Below are positions 39,498 through 50,631 of a stretch of 64,000 bases of DNA, one piece after another. The notes below the pieces were generated by a model. It had not been told where the DNA came from, ran no database searches, and saw only the letters and a program-made list of their open reading frames with translations. This DNA is from an uncultured Acidobacteriota bacterium (GTDB lineage Bacteria; Acidobacteriota; UBA6911): NCBI GenBank assembly GCA_963843575.1, contig CAWJKZ010000013.1:544001-608000 (forward strand), read 5' to 3'. The stretch's first letter is position 1, and every line of letters starts with the position of its first letter. The position numbers and the translations under genes were made by a program.

Positions 39498-40490
39498 CTA
39501 GCCGAGCGACAAAAAGAGCGACTCCAGCGCGAGTTGTTTGTTGACCTTGGTGCGGCTCAGGGTCGACCTGAACAACCTGATCTCCCGGACGGCGGCCGCG
39601 ACGGTCCCGGGGGAGACCTCGGCCGCCAGCTTTTCGAGATCGGCCCGGAGATCGACCTGCCCTATCCGGTGCGGGGCAAGACGGGCGAAGTACACATCCT
39701 GCAAAAGCAGGGCGACCGAGTCGAGCCAAAGAGTGAACCGTTCGGGACCTTTGTCCCTGCCGAAGTCGGCGATCAGGGCGCTCGCGGCGGCGAAACTGCT
39801 CCGCCGAAGCAGCAGCTGGACAAACAGCAGCGCTCCGGCGCGCGTGGCGGGGTAGGTGGCTGCATCGAACGTTTCGGCGGCGCTCATGCTTCCATTGCTG
39901 AATAGTGCCGCGGTGCGGGCTTCTTCCGGAGTTTGGCCGCACTTGTGCTCAAGGTACCGGGCGATGACGTCCGGGGGGAGTGCGCCGAATGTCAGAAGAC
40001 GGGAGCGCGAGAGGATCGTTCCCAGGAGGGCGTACGGATTAGACGTGACCAGGATGAGGATCGACGGGCTGGCGGGTTCTTCGAGCGTCTTCAGGATGCT
40101 GTTCGCCGCCTGGGCCTGCATCTGTTCCGCCGGGTCGAGGATGGCGACGTGGTACCGTCCCTCAAACGGCTGAAAGGCCAGCTCCGTGATGAGGTTGCGG
40201 ATCTGCTCGATTTTGATGAACGTCCCGTCGGGTTGGATCTCGTGCAGATCGGGGTGAAGGCCCTGCCGGATCTTCCGGCAACTCAGGCAACTGCCGCACG
40301 GACGGTCGACGGGGCCGGCCAGACAGTTCACCAGTTGCGCCAGAAGCCGGGCCAGGGTGTGTTTGCCGACACCCGGCGGGCCAGCGAAGATCAATGCGTG
40401 CGGCAGACGGTTCCGTAAGACCGCGCAGCGCAGGATCCCGACCACCCTTGCGTTCCCGACGAAATCAGCCAGACGCGACGGTGTCTCCAT
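39498..40490 (-). CDS. holB: DNA polymerase III subunit delta'
   Basis: HALIFAGPPGVGK, CGSCLSC, HPD, ANSILKTLEEP, TILSRS; follows tmk. Confidence 0.93.
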   Translation of the reverse strand: METPSRLADFVGNARVVGILRCAVLRNRLPHALIFAGPPGVGKHTLARLLAQLVNCLAGPVDRPCGSCLSCRKIRQGLHPDLHEIQPDGTFIKIEQIRNLITELAFQPFEGRYHVAILDPAEQMQAQAANSILKTLEEPASPSILILVTSNPYALLGTILSRSRLLTFGALPPDVIARYLEHKCGQTPEEARTAALFSNGSMSAAETFDAATYPATRAGALLFVQLLLRRSSFAAASALIADFGRDKGPERFTLWLDSVALLLQDVYFARLAPHRIGQVDLRADLEKLAAEVSPGTVAAAVREIRLFRSTLSRTKVNKQLALESLFLSLG

Positions 40491-40491
40491 T

Positions 40492-41127
40492 TCAGGGCTC
40501 CCACGGGATCCAACGATCCAGCAGCGGGGCGATCCGGGCAAAAACGTCGTCCGGGCTTCCCGTCGCGGATACCACCGCAATCCGATCCGGGATACGTCGG
40601 GCCAGATCCAGGTAGGCTGCGCGCACGCGACCGTGAAACGAGAGTTCCTCAGCCTCGAATCGCCCCTCGTCCTGCCCCGTGCTCTCGGTGTTCCGCTTGC
40701 GGGCCCTCTCAAGACCGGTCTGCGGGTCCAGATCGAGCAGGATTGTCCGATCCGGATCCGGGATCTCCAGCAGGCTTGCGAGCGCGTCGATTTTCTCCGG
40801 CGGAATCCGCCGCGCCCCGCCCTGGTAAGCCCGGGTGGCGTCGTGGTAACGGTCGGAGAGCACGGTTACGCCCTGGGCGAGCGCGGGCTCGACAACCTCC
40901 TTCAGGTGTTGAACTCTGTCGGCAAGGTACAGGAGCAGTTCCCCCACAGGGTCGCGCTGCGCTCCCCCGCTGCAGAGCAGAAGCTGCCGCAGGGCAACCC
41001 CGAACCGTGTCCCTCCGGGCTCGCGCGTGACCAGCGTCGCCACCCCCCTGCGCCGCAGGTGCTCCTCGGCGCGCCTGATCTGCAGCGTCTTGCCCGAGCC
41101 TTCGATACCCTCGAAAGTGATGAACAT
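40492..41127 (-). CDS. tmk: thymidylate kinase
   Basis: FITFEGIEGSGKT, TREPGG, DR, AYQG, RFE. Confidence 0.97.
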   Translation of the reverse strand: MFITFEGIEGSGKTLQIRRAEEHLRRRGVATLVTREPGGTRFGVALRQLLLCSGGAQRDPVGELLLYLADRVQHLKEVVEPALAQGVTVLSDRYHDATRAYQGGARRIPPEKIDALASLLEIPDPDRTILLDLDPQTGLERARKRNTESTGQDEGRFEAEELSFHGRVRAAYLDLARRIPDRIAVVSATGSPDDVFARIAPLLDRWIPWEP

Positions 41128-41253
41128 GGCCTCTTCCTTGCCACGAGCCGGAAAGACATCTAGAATCGCTCCCGGCACGGAAAATTCAGGATAATGATCG
41201 AGAGTAGCAAAGGACTCCCTTCAACTCAAACGCGATTCTGATATTCGGGGGCA

Positions 41254-41964
41254 TTGAGGTACGCCGTGAGGACTGCCCAACAGAACCTGGAGGACGCGCG
41301 TGAACGCATCTCGCGGGCAGCGCTCGTGGCTGGACGTGACGCTGGAGAAATCTCGTTGGTGGCCATCAGCAAGACCTTCCCCCCCGAAGCGATCGCCGAG
41401 GTTGCGGCCGCGGGCCAGCGTCTGTTCGGGGAAAACCGCGTGCAGGAAGCCGAGGCGAAGATCAGCCGGGTTGCGGCACGATACCCGGATATCGAATGGC
41501 ACCTCGTGGGCCACCTGCAATCCAACAAGGCCCGCCGCGCCGTCGAACTCTTCCAGATGATCCATTCGGTCGACAGCCTCCACTTGGCCTCACGGCTCAG
41601 CGAGTCGGCGCTGGCCCGAGGGGCGTGCATTCCCATCCTGATCCAGGTGGACCTCGGGCACGAACCCACTAAATTCGGGGCCGAACCGCACGAACTCCTG
41701 GCGATTCTGGCCGGTGCCAGCCAGCTCAGGGGAATCCGGGTTGAGGGGCTCATGACGATCCCGCCTTTCCTGGAGGATCCCGAGCACGTCCGTCCCTTCT
41801 TCGCCCGTCTGCGCGAACTGCGCGACTCGCTCCAGGGTCAGCAGCCGGGATGCCTCGGCAAAGGACACCTTTCGATGGGCATGAGTCACGACTTCGAGGC
41901 AGCGATCAAGGAGGGGGCGACGATCATCAGGGTGGGGACCGCCATCTTCGGGGATCGGTCGTGA
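41254..41964 (+). CDS. yggS: PLP homeostasis protein
   Basis: AISK, FGENRVQE, WHLVGHLQSNK, GLMTI, LSMGMSHD, RVGTAIFG. Confidence 0.96.
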   Translation: MRYAVRTAQQNLEDARERISRAALVAGRDAGEISLVAISKTFPPEAIAEVAAAGQRLFGENRVQEAEAKISRVAARYPDIEWHLVGHLQSNKARRAVELFQMIHSVDSLHLASRLSESALARGACIPILIQVDLGHEPTKFGAEPHELLAILAGASQLRGIRVEGLMTIPPFLEDPEHVRPFFARLRELRDSLQGQQPGCLGKGHLSMGMSHDFEAAIKEGATIIRVGTAIFGDRS

Positions 41965-42278
41965 CGGAAAGCCACTGGAGCGCAAGGGAGAAGGACGGTG
42001 CCGTTGAACTGGTCGTTTATGTGCAGCCGCGCGCCAGAAAAACCGAGATCGCCGGGCTGCACGGCGGGATTCTGAAGCTCAAGGTCGCCGCTCCACCGGT
42101 GGAAAACGCGGCCAATGCGGCGGTGGTCGATTTTATTGCCTCCCTCCTTGCCGTGGCCAAGTCCCGAGTGAAGATCGTGTCCGGCGGGAAGTCGCGGGAA
42201 AAAACCCTGCGCATCGAAGGAATCTCGCTCGTGCAACTCCGCAGTCGTCTGCCGGACTCCGTGCACGGTGGACTGTAG
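41961..42278 (+). CDS. yggU: DUF167/YggU protein
   Basis: VQPRA, APPVENAAN, GGKSREK; GTG start overlapping the yggS stop. Confidence 0.9.
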   Translation: MTESHWSAREKDGAVELVVYVQPRARKTEIAGLHGGILKLKVAAPPVENAANAAVVDFIASLLAVAKSRVKIVSGGKSREKTLRIEGISLVQLRSRLPDSVHGGL

Positions 42279-42372
42279 GGTCGGCTCCGAGGGTTCTGGA
42301 CCCCCAACCAAGAATATCGAAGAGCTCCAGCGCGAAACCGCAAAAACAGGAGCGTGATGACGGGGTACGAAC

Positions 42373-42474
42373 TGTGGAAAAACCTGTGCAAGGAAATCTG
42401 CTGCTGATTCGATAAATTATTGAAAATATGCGGCTTGCTTCCTAATTAGTATAGTGTTACGGGCCTGTGGAAAA
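42373..42474. promoter_or_regulatory. DnaA-box cluster flanking an AT-rich tract
   Basis: TGTGGAAAA (TTTTCCACA, matching TTWTNCACA) at 42373 and 42466, a degenerate box at 42385 and an AT-rich spacer. Confidence 0.5.
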
Positions 42475-42489
42475 CTTTGCGGGGTTGAT

Positions 42490-42780
42490 TCAGGGCTTTT
42501 CGCGGCGGGTTTTTACCGTGGGACTGTCCTCGACCAGGCGCAGGTGGGCATGGTGTGTTCGCCGGTGCTCATCGAGGATCTGGCGGGCGTCATCGGCCAG
42601 GGCTGCGGGGACGAAGACCCGGATTTCGGCCAGCCCATCGACCGAAACCGGGTAGATGCCTTCGGGCAACTCCGAGGAGTAGTGACAAGGGATACTGTAA
42701 CTCTCCAGGAGACTCTTAATCACGGATGCCTCGGTGTGTTTCCACGTGGTTGCGACGATAATGGGGTCTTGCTGTTTCAT
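42490..42780 (-). CDS. DUF2007-like putative signal-transducing protein
   Basis: EASVIKSLLESYSIPC and IRVFVPAALADDARQIL pattern. Confidence 0.8.
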   Translation of the reverse strand: MKQQDPIIVATTWKHTEASVIKSLLESYSIPCHYSSELPEGIYPVSVDGLAEIRVFVPAALADDARQILDEHRRTHHAHLRLVEDSPTVKTRREKP

Positions 42781-42823
42781 ACCTTCGGGCCCACTAGTTC
42801 TTGAACAGGGAGCGGCATTCAGA

Positions 42824-43672
42824 CTACCGGACGGTTTTTGGCTTTCGGCTCCTGTTGAAGGCCTGAAGATCGAATGTAATCCCGAGCGCAATCCCGGAGT
42901 CTGCATCGAACTTCCCGAGGCCGGCAATGCCGGTCACGTCCCAGAGGAGGCCGCCGGCACGGATCTGCACGCCCAGGCGCGCCTGCGAACGGCTCTCGTT
43001 TCCCAGCCGCTCGGGACCCCGGCGACCGTGTAAATCGCCAACGAGATTTATGTTCTGGTGCATCGGCACCATGATACCAAATCCGTAGGTTAGCTGGTCG
43101 GACTGCGTGTTCGGCTGCACCGCCGATCCCAAGATCGCCAGTCCGACATTGCCGAGGAATTGCGTCGCGCCCAAGTGCTTGGAAAACAGGAGTGCGGCGA
43201 AAAAGTCGGTCTCGTCCGTCCCCAGCCCGCTTTCATTGGACGCGTTCGGGAGCTGCACGGCAAACTTGAAGCCGATTGCCGGGCGTGCCGCCTTTTCCCT
43301 GGCGAAGCGGAACTTGCTTCCGAGCACCAGGTCCCCGACATCGCTGGTTGCGTTTCCCGCAAAATCGGGCGGCAGCGCAGCCTGGGTGCGCCGCGAGACC
43401 GACAGGAAGTCCTGGATAACGCCGGATATCTGGAACTCGGCGAATTCTCCGACCCCTACTTGCACGTTGGTCAGCCCAACTCTCGTGAGATCGCCTTCGA
43501 GGCCCGAGAGCGGGAAGTGCTGCCCCTGCATAAACTCGATGCCGAGGCCCGTTCGGACCAGCCCCAGGGCAACGGGATCGGGGTCATCGGTGAGGAAGGG
43601 CCTTCGTTGGGCGCGCAGAGGCAGTGCCAACGAGGCGATCAGCAAACCCGAGAGCAACAGGCATTTCCGCAC
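42824..43672 (-). CDS. outer-membrane beta-barrel (MetA-pathway/CopB-like)
   Basis: Signal peptide, RPFLTDDP, GD motif, amphipathic beta strands. Confidence 0.75.
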   Translation of the reverse strand: MRKCLLLSGLLIASLALPLRAQRRPFLTDDPDPVALGLVRTGLGIEFMQGQHFPLSGLEGDLTRVGLTNVQVGVGEFAEFQISGVIQDFLSVSRRTQAALPPDFAGNATSDVGDLVLGSKFRFAREKAARPAIGFKFAVQLPNASNESGLGTDETDFFAALLFSKHLGATQFLGNVGLAILGSAVQPNTQSDQLTYGFGIMVPMHQNINLVGDLHGRRGPERLGNESRSQARLGVQIRAGGLLWDVTGIAGLGKFDADSGIALGITFDLQAFNRSRKPKTVR

Positions 43673-43712
43673 GCAGTCCCCCTCTTTCCCTGGATTTGGC
43701 TTCCCCTCTGGC

Positions 43713-44459
43713 CTAAACATGTAATCCGCTCCCGGCAGGACGCAGTTGAAAGAGCGTAACGGCGACTAATGCTGCCGTTTCGGCGCGCAGGATGCGTTGT
43801 CCGAGGCTGAAGACAGAATACCCGGATCCGGCGGCTGCCCGGACTTCTGCCTCATCCCACCCACCCTCCGGCCCGATGCACACAACGATGCGTGAGGGTC
43901 CGAGCATGTCCTGATGCCATGGGGTGCCGCTCTTTTCATAGCACAGATACTTAGCGTACCCGCCAAAAGGATTCCCGGCGACAAAATCTTGGAAACGCAT
44001 CGCCCCGTGGATCCGCGGGAGTGTGTTCCGGCGGCTCTGGCGGGCAGCTTCCCGAACGATGCGGCTCCAGCGTTCCATGCGCCCGGCCAGCTTTGACTCG
44101 GGAATCCGGACGCTGCTGTTGCGTGTGTGTAGGGGGACGAGATCGTCGACGCCGAGTTCCGTCGATTTTTGGAGGATCCAGTCGAACCGATCTGGCTTGA
44201 CCAGAGCGGTGGCGAGCACGATGGAGGGCAAGTCCCGCGGGGCCGGCTCGGCGGAAGGAACGAGACGTACGAGTTTCACGTCCGCACCGGAGATCTCTAC
44301 CTCGCCCCGATACGCGGTGCCTTCCCCGTCGAAAACCTCGACGGGCTGGCCTGCGCCCAGACGCAACACGTTCCGGAGATGGTGCGCCTGATCCGGCGCC
44401 AGGATCGCGGTGCCGTCGCGGATCGCATCGCGGGGAACGAAGAACCGCCTCAGCGGCAT
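43713..44459 (-). CDS. rsmE: 16S rRNA m3U1498 methyltransferase
   Basis: HHLRNVLR, KSTELG, EAARQS, IGPEGG, RILRAETA. Confidence 0.96.
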   Translation of the reverse strand: MPLRRFFVPRDAIRDGTAILAPDQAHHLRNVLRLGAGQPVEVFDGEGTAYRGEVEISGADVKLVRLVPSAEPAPRDLPSIVLATALVKPDRFDWILQKSTELGVDDLVPLHTRNSSVRIPESKLAGRMERWSRIVREAARQSRRNTLPRIHGAMRFQDFVAGNPFGGYAKYLCYEKSGTPWHQDMLGPSRIVVCIGPEGGWDEAEVRAAAGSGYSVFSLGQRILRAETAALVAVTLFQLRPAGSGLHV

Positions 44460-44500
44460 GCGGGCCTTGCTTCGGGGCCTTCCGGAGGTCGGATGGGCTC

Positions 44501-45616
44501 CTAACCGAAGATATCCTTGACCTTGTCGAAGATGTTCCTTTCCTGCGACAACTCTTCCTCTTTGCTAACCTTCGCCAGGGATTCAAACAGTTGGCGCTGT
44601 TCTTTTGTCAGCTTGGTCGGGATGGCGACGTTCAGGGTGACAAACTGGTCACCCCTGCCGCGCTCGCCCAGGCTTACAATCCCCTTGTTGCGCAGGCGGA
44701 ACACCGAACCGCTCTGCGTCCCCTCGGGAACCTTGAGCTTTTCTTCGCCTTCTAGTGTTGGGACCATGACCTCGGCCCCGAGGACAGCCTGGGTGACACC
44801 GATGGGTACCTGGCAGTAGATGTTGTTGCCCTGACGCTGAAAGAAAGGGTGCTCCTCGACGAAGATAACCACGTACAGGTCGCCGTAGAGCCCGCCGTGG
44901 GATCCGGCCTCGCCTTCGCCCTGGATCCGCAGGCGGGCGCCGTTGTCCACTCCGGCCGGGATCTTGATCTCGAGGACTTTCTCCTTGCGGACCCGACCCC
45001 TGCCCTGGCAGATCTCGCAGGGGTCACGGATGACCTTCCCTGCACCGTTGCACTGGCTGCAGGTGCGGCTGATGGAGAAAAACCCCTGCTGGTAGCGTAC
45101 CTGGCCGGCCCCCTGGCAGGCGCTGCAGACAACAGGGGCCTTGCCCTTGGCCGTGCCGCGTCCGTCGCATGCGCTGCACACGTCATGTCGGGGGATCTTG
45201 ATCTTGGTCTTGAGGCCGAACGCCGCCTCGCGAAAGGAGATTTTCAGGTCGTAGCGCAGATCGGCGCCCCGTTCTGGGCCGCCCCTGCGGCGGTTGCCGA
45301 AAATGTCCCCGAATCCGAAGAACTCGCCGAGGATGTCGCCGAAATCCCCAAACGTGGCCGGGTCGAAACCGCTGAAGCCACCGCCGCCCTGCAACCCGCT
45401 ATGGCCGTAACGATCATAGCGCTCCCGCTTTTCCAGATCGCTCAGGACGCTGTAGGCCTCCGCCGCCTCTTTGAAACACTCCTCGGCGTTCTTGTTGCCG
45501 GGGTTCTTGTCGGGATGATATTTGAGTGCCATTCTGCGGTAGGCACTCTTGACCTCCTGGTCCGAGGCCCCCCGTTCTATCCCAAGCACTTCGTAGTAGT
45601 CACGCTTCTGGTTCAA
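44501..45616 (-). CDS. dnaJ: chaperone DnaJ
   Basis: J-domain HPD, G/F region, four CxxCxGxG repeats. Confidence 0.98.
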   Translation of the reverse strand: MNQKRDYYEVLGIERGASDQEVKSAYRRMALKYHPDKNPGNKNAEECFKEAAEAYSVLSDLEKRERYDRYGHSGLQGGGGFSGFDPATFGDFGDILGEFFGFGDIFGNRRRGGPERGADLRYDLKISFREAAFGLKTKIKIPRHDVCSACDGRGTAKGKAPVVCSACQGAGQVRYQQGFFSISRTCSQCNGAGKVIRDPCEICQGRGRVRKEKVLEIKIPAGVDNGARLRIQGEGEAGSHGGLYGDLYVVIFVEEHPFFQRQGNNIYCQVPIGVTQAVLGAEVMVPTLEGEEKLKVPEGTQSGSVFRLRNKGIVSLGERGRGDQFVTLNVAIPTKLTKEQRQLFESLAKVSKEEELSQERNIFDKVKDIFG

Positions 45617-45645
45617 ACACCCTCTCCCATCTTCTCTGCCCGGGC

Positions 45646-47549
45646 TTATTTCTTCGCCCCCAGGTCATCCAACGCGGACTTCATCAGGTTATTCAGGTCT
45701 CCCGGGCTGCGGGGTTCCTGGTTGGTGCTGCGCAGGGATCCTGCCGGGGCGCTGAACATGGCGGAAGCGAGCAACGCAGCCCCTCGCTCCAGTTCGCCCT
45801 GGATCTCCTTCAATAACATCAGCTTGTCTTCCTCGGCCGAAAGAGCCGTCGCTTTTTGGATCGAGTTTTTTACCACTTCCTGTTCGGATGAGTCAAGCAA
45901 CCAGCCGAATTCGGCATACGTCCGCACGAGGGACGCTTGCTGCCCCTTGATCTGATTTCTAAGCTCCACGACGTCCCGCAGCTTCCGGTCGCTTTCGCCG
46001 TATTGCCGGGCTTCGAGAACCATAAGATCGATTTCGTCCTTTGTCAGCCCGGTCGAAGGAGTGATTCGCATCGCCTGTTCTTTGCCGGAGAGTTTGTCCT
46101 TCGCCGACACGCTCACGATACCGTTCGCATCGATATCGAATATCACTTCAATCTGTGGTGCGCCTCGGGGGGCTGGGGCGATGCCCACAAGATCGAACCG
46201 GCCCAGGGACCGGTTGAATTTTGCCAACTCGCGCTCCCCCTGCAGGACGTGCACCTCGACAACGGACTGGTTGTCCACTACCGTGGTGAACATCGTTGAT
46301 TTTTTCAGCGGGATCGTCGAGTTGTGCTCCACGATGCGGGTGAACAAGCCGCCCTGTGTCTCCACCCCCAGCGACAGGGGGAGTACGTCGAGCAGGACGA
46401 TCTCCTTGAGCTCCCCTTGCAGCACGCCGCCCTGAAGCGCGGCGCCAACGGCGACGACTTCGTCGGGATTGACTTCGAGGGAGGGTTGCTTGCCGAACAG
46501 GGAGGCGACGTGTCGCTGAACTGCCGGGGTTCTGGTCTGTCCGCCCACGAGAATCACTTTGTCGACGTCGGCGGCGGTCAGTTTGGCGTCACTCAGCGCC
46601 TTTTCGCAGTAGGCAGTGGTCCGCTCTATCAGGTTCCGGACCAAACCCTCGAATTCGGTCCGACTGAGAGTGCGCTCTAAGTGTTTGGGGCCGTGGGTGT
46701 CGCTCGAGATGAACGGGAGGTTTATTCCCGTCTCGAGCGCCTGGGACAGCTCGCATTTTGCCTTTTCCGCCGCTTCCTTCAACCGCTGGCGTGCCAAGAC
46801 ATCCTTGCCTAGGTCGATGCCGTTCTCTCTCTTGAATTCCGACATCATCCAGTCGATGATGCGCTGGTCGAAATCCTCCCCCCGAGAAAGCTGTCCCCGC
46901 AGGTGGACAGAACTTCAAAGACGCCGTTGTTCAACTCGAGTATCGATACGTCGAAGGTACCGCCGCCGAGGTCGAAAATGGCGACCCGTTCGCGCTCCTT
47001 CTTTCCAACACCGTAGGCGAGAGCGGCGGCCGTGGGTTCGTTGATGATGCGCCGGACCTCGAGCCCCGCGATGCGGCCCGCGTCTTTGGTCGCCTGACGC
47101 TGGGAGTCGTCGAAGTAGGCCGGCACCGTGATGATGGCCTCCTTGACTTCCTGATTCAGGAATTCCTCGGCCCCCTTCTTTAGGAACTGCAGCAGCATGG
47201 CCGAGATTTCGGGCGGGCTGTATTGCTTTCCTCGTGCGGTCACGCGCACATCGCCCATTTCGGACGCATCGAGCTTGTAGCTCAGATAGCTCCGTAGCTT
47301 AACGATATCGGGCGCGTCGAACCGTCGGCCCATCAGTCGCTTGACCGCGTAGATGGTATTGGCGGCGTTGGTTACGGCCTGGCGCTTGGCGATGTTTCCG
47401 ATCAGCCGGTCGCCCTTTTCGGTGAAAGCGACGATAGACGGTGTCGTCCGGCCACCGATGTTGTTGGGGATGATCTGAACAGAAGTGCCCTCGAGGACGG
47501 CTACGCACGAGTTCGTAGTCCCAAGGTCGATCCCAATTATCTTGCCCAT
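45646..47549 (-). CDS. dnaK: Hsp70 chaperone DnaK (indel near 46870)
   Basis: [48 protein letters not shown]. Confidence 0.95.
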
Positions 47550-47551
47550 GG

Positions 47552-48172
47552 CTATTGGGTCGACTCGGGATCCTGCGGCGGCTGCGCGGACACGATGACC
47601 TGCGCCGGGCGGAGCAGGCGACCATTGTGAAGGTAACCGCGCCGTAGGACTAGGGTTATCGTGTTTTCTTCATGCTTGTCGCTGATCTCTCTGGACAGCG
47701 CCTCGTGTATGTGCGGATCGAACTTCTCCCCCTCCGCCTGGATCGGCGTGACGCCGAGCCGGGTAAGGGTATCGCCCAGCTGTTTGTAGAGGAGCTGGAC
47801 TCCTTCACGGTACTGTTCGAGGGATTGGCTTTCGCCCGTGGGGCTCTTGAGGCTTTCCAGCGCGCGCTCGCATGCGTCGGCAATGGGAAGGAATTCCATC
47901 ACGACGGAACTTTTGGCCAGCAGGCTCGAGTCGAGCTTCTCCTTTTCGGTTCGTTTCCTGAAGTTTTCAAACTCCGCGGCTTTGCGGAGAAAACGGTCTC
48001 GCCACTGCTCCGACTCGGCCGTAACGGCCTCCAGCTCGGCCTGCAGACGGGCCAAAGAGTCTTGCGGTGGGGTGGGTTCCCCCCCTTCCCGGTTCTCGCC
48101 GTTCAGGTTTTCGGTTTCGTCCGCAGCCGGTCCGGCGGGATCCGACGGGTGTCCATAGATTTTCCAAGTCAT
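47552..48172 (-). CDS. grpE: nucleotide exchange factor GrpE
   Basis: [19 protein letters not shown]-x4-RLLRPAQV. Confidence 0.96.
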   Translation of the reverse strand: MTWKIYGHPSDPAGPAADETENLNGENREGGEPTPPQDSLARLQAELEAVTAESEQWRDRFLRKAAEFENFRKRTEKEKLDSSLLAKSSVVMEFLPIADACERALESLKSPTGESQSLEQYREGVQLLYKQLGDTLTRLGVTPIQAEGEKFDPHIHEALSREISDKHEENTITLVLRRGYLHNGRLLRPAQVIVSAQPPQDPESTQ

Positions 48173-49240
48173 GATTTGATTCCTTTGCTTCCGAGGACCC
48201 GCCCAAAGAGCCTGGCTACATACTCAACCAGCGAGATCGCCCGTCCGTATTCCATACGGGTCGGGCCAAGTATACCCAGAGAGCCCTGGGTCTTGTCGTC
48301 GAGCGTATATGGCGAAGTGATGAGGGTGCAGTCCTCGATCCCCGGCAGGGTGTTTTCGGTTCCGATCGTGATTCGGACTTCCTGCGTATCGCCCTCGATG
48401 CACTGCGACAGGAGCGATAACAGGCGCGATTTCTGCTCGATGGTCTCAAAGAGCGTCCTCATCCGGTTAATATCGGAGAACTCCGGACTCTTCATTAGGT
48501 TGCTGGCGCCGTCGAGATAGATTTCGGCTTGTGCCACATCCTCGGCGCCCGCGAAGGTGCGGGTACTGAGGAGGATGACGTTTTGCATGAACTTGTCGTA
48601 CAGCGCCCGCTGCTGCTGGATCAGGTTCAGGATGAGCGATTTGATTTCGAGGAGTGTCCTGTCCTTGAAATTGTCGGTGATGTAGCGGGCGGCGTTGTCC
48701 AGCTCGGTCTTGGACAGATCCTGATCGCACCGAAACACGCGGTTCTGCACGATACCTGAGCGTGAGACGAGCACGACGAGGATCCGCCCTTCGGTCAGCT
48801 GGATGAACTGCAGGTGCTGCAGTGCAACGGTGCTGATCGGAGGAGACACTACGATTCCTATGTTGTTGGACACGCGCGAGAGCAGCTGGCTGGTACGGGC
48901 CATCAAGGTGTTCTGCGCTGTCGTCCGGCAACAGGCTACGATCTATGAGGTCCCGGTCCCGCGGAGAGATCTCGTGGCGTCCGAGCATGTAATCCACGTA
49001 GAGCCTGTATCCCTTGTCGGTGGGAATGCGCCCGGCCGACGCATGCGGCTGGCGCAGGTACCCCATCTCCTCCAGATCCGCCATGATGTTGCGAACGGTG
49101 GCGGGGCTGAGGTGTTCACTGCTGTGGCGGGCGATCATCCTTGATCCCACAGGTTTGCCGGTGGCGACAAAGGTCGAGATAGCCCACTGCAGGATCTCAC
49201 GCGACCGCTCGTCCAGGATCAGGCTCTCACGAGGTTGCAT
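48169..49240 (-). CDS. hrcA: heat-inducible repressor HrcA (indel near 48905)
   Basis: PVGSR, SPATVRNIMADLE, QPHASAGRIPTDKGYR, GPTRMEY. Confidence 0.95.
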
Positions 49241-49303
49241 TGATACGCCTGGGTTAGTCTCTCCCGGGGGAGGGTTTCGAGCTTCCCTCGGCACTAACAA
49301 AGA

Positions 49304-49331
49304 ATTATAATATGCGGCAAATCAATGTCAA
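49304..49331 (-). promoter_or_regulatory. sigma70-type promoter of the hrcA-grpE-dnaK-dnaJ operon
   Basis: TTGACA-N16-TATAAT on the minus strand. Confidence 0.75.
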
Positions 49332-49369
49332 ATTTAGCCTTAGCTCACGCCGAGCGAACCGTCTCGCGG

Positions 49370-50488
49370 TTAGAGAAGTGTTTCCAGAACCACGGGTTGA
49401 ACCCCGATGGCGGCGGCGACGGGAGCGCAGGTAACCTTGCCCGCGTAGGTATTAACCCCTTCCCTTAGTGCAGGATCGCGCCGCACCGCTTCCTTCAGCC
49501 CGAATCTTGGCCAGCCTGCGGGCGTAGGGGAGGGTCACGTTTGTCAGGGCGAATGTCGAGGTCCTCGGCACGGCCCCCGGCATGTTCGCAACACAGTAGT
49601 GGACGACGTCGTCGACGACAAAGGTCGGTTGGCTGTGGGTCGTTGGGCGGGTGGTTTCGAAGCACCCTCCCTGGTCGACGGCCACGTCCACCGCCACGGC
49701 CCCCTTCTTCATGCTGGAGATCATGCTGCGGGTGACGAGCTTCGGCGCTTCCGCACCGACGATGCAGGACCGCCCCGACGAGCAGGTCCGCTTTGCTGAC
49801 CGATTCCTGGATGTTGAAGGGATTCGACATCAGGGTCTCGATCTGACCGAAGAAGATGTCGTCCAGGTACCGGAGCCGGTCGGCAGTCCAGGTCGATGAT
49901 CGTCACCCGGGCACCCAAGTCCTACCGCCATCTTGGCCGCATTCGTCCCGACGGTCCCACCGCCGATAATGACGACGTTAGCCGGCGGGACACCCGGGAC
50001 GCCGCCGAGGAGTTCGCCGCGACCGCCGTTGGGTTTCTGCAGGTAGAACGCACCCACCTGGATCGACATCCGGCCGGCCACCTCGCTCATCGGAGTCAGC
50101 AACGGGAGGGATCCGTTTGCGAGCCGGATGGTCTCGTAGGCCACTCCTGCGACCTTGCGGTCCGTCAGCATCCGGGTGAGTTCAGGGGCCGGGGCGAGGT
50201 GCAGGTAGGTGAAGAGGATCTGCCCTTCGCGGAGCAGGTCATACTCGGGCCCGACCGGCTCCTTGACCTTGATGATCATGTCCGCCGCCGCGGTAGACGT
50301 CGGCCGCGGCGGAGACGATCTCGGCGCCTGCCGCGGTGTATTCCTCGTCGGCTATGCCGCTGCCGCCGCCGGCCGTGCGCTGCACCAATACCCTGTGGCC
50401 GTCCTGAACCAAGCGCGTGCACCCCGGCGGGCACGAGACCCACACGCGATTCGTTGTCTTTGATTTCCTTCGGCAGTCCGATGATCAT
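49370..50488 (-). CDS. ald: alanine dehydrogenase (several indels)
   Basis: [62 protein letters not shown]. Confidence 0.93.
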
Positions 50489-50631
50489 GGCTGACGGCCC
50501 TCCTTCGTGAGCTGGTGATTCTGCCGCGTGGTTCACCATTATAGACCAGTGGCGTGGAAAAGACCCGGGATGGGATCTGCACGGGCGATCTATCGACCCG
50601 GGTCAATCCGGCTGGTGTCGCCGCGGCGAAT

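Noticed and set aside
42405-42430. dif site, suggested by convergent gene orientation
   Set aside because: No XerD arm (TTATGTTAAAT-like) with a 6-bp spacer is recognisable.
45646-50488. Calling dnaK, hrcA, ald and similar genes pseudogenes
   Set aside because: All motifs are intact across the frame changes and there are no nonsense codons, which is consistent with sequencing indels.
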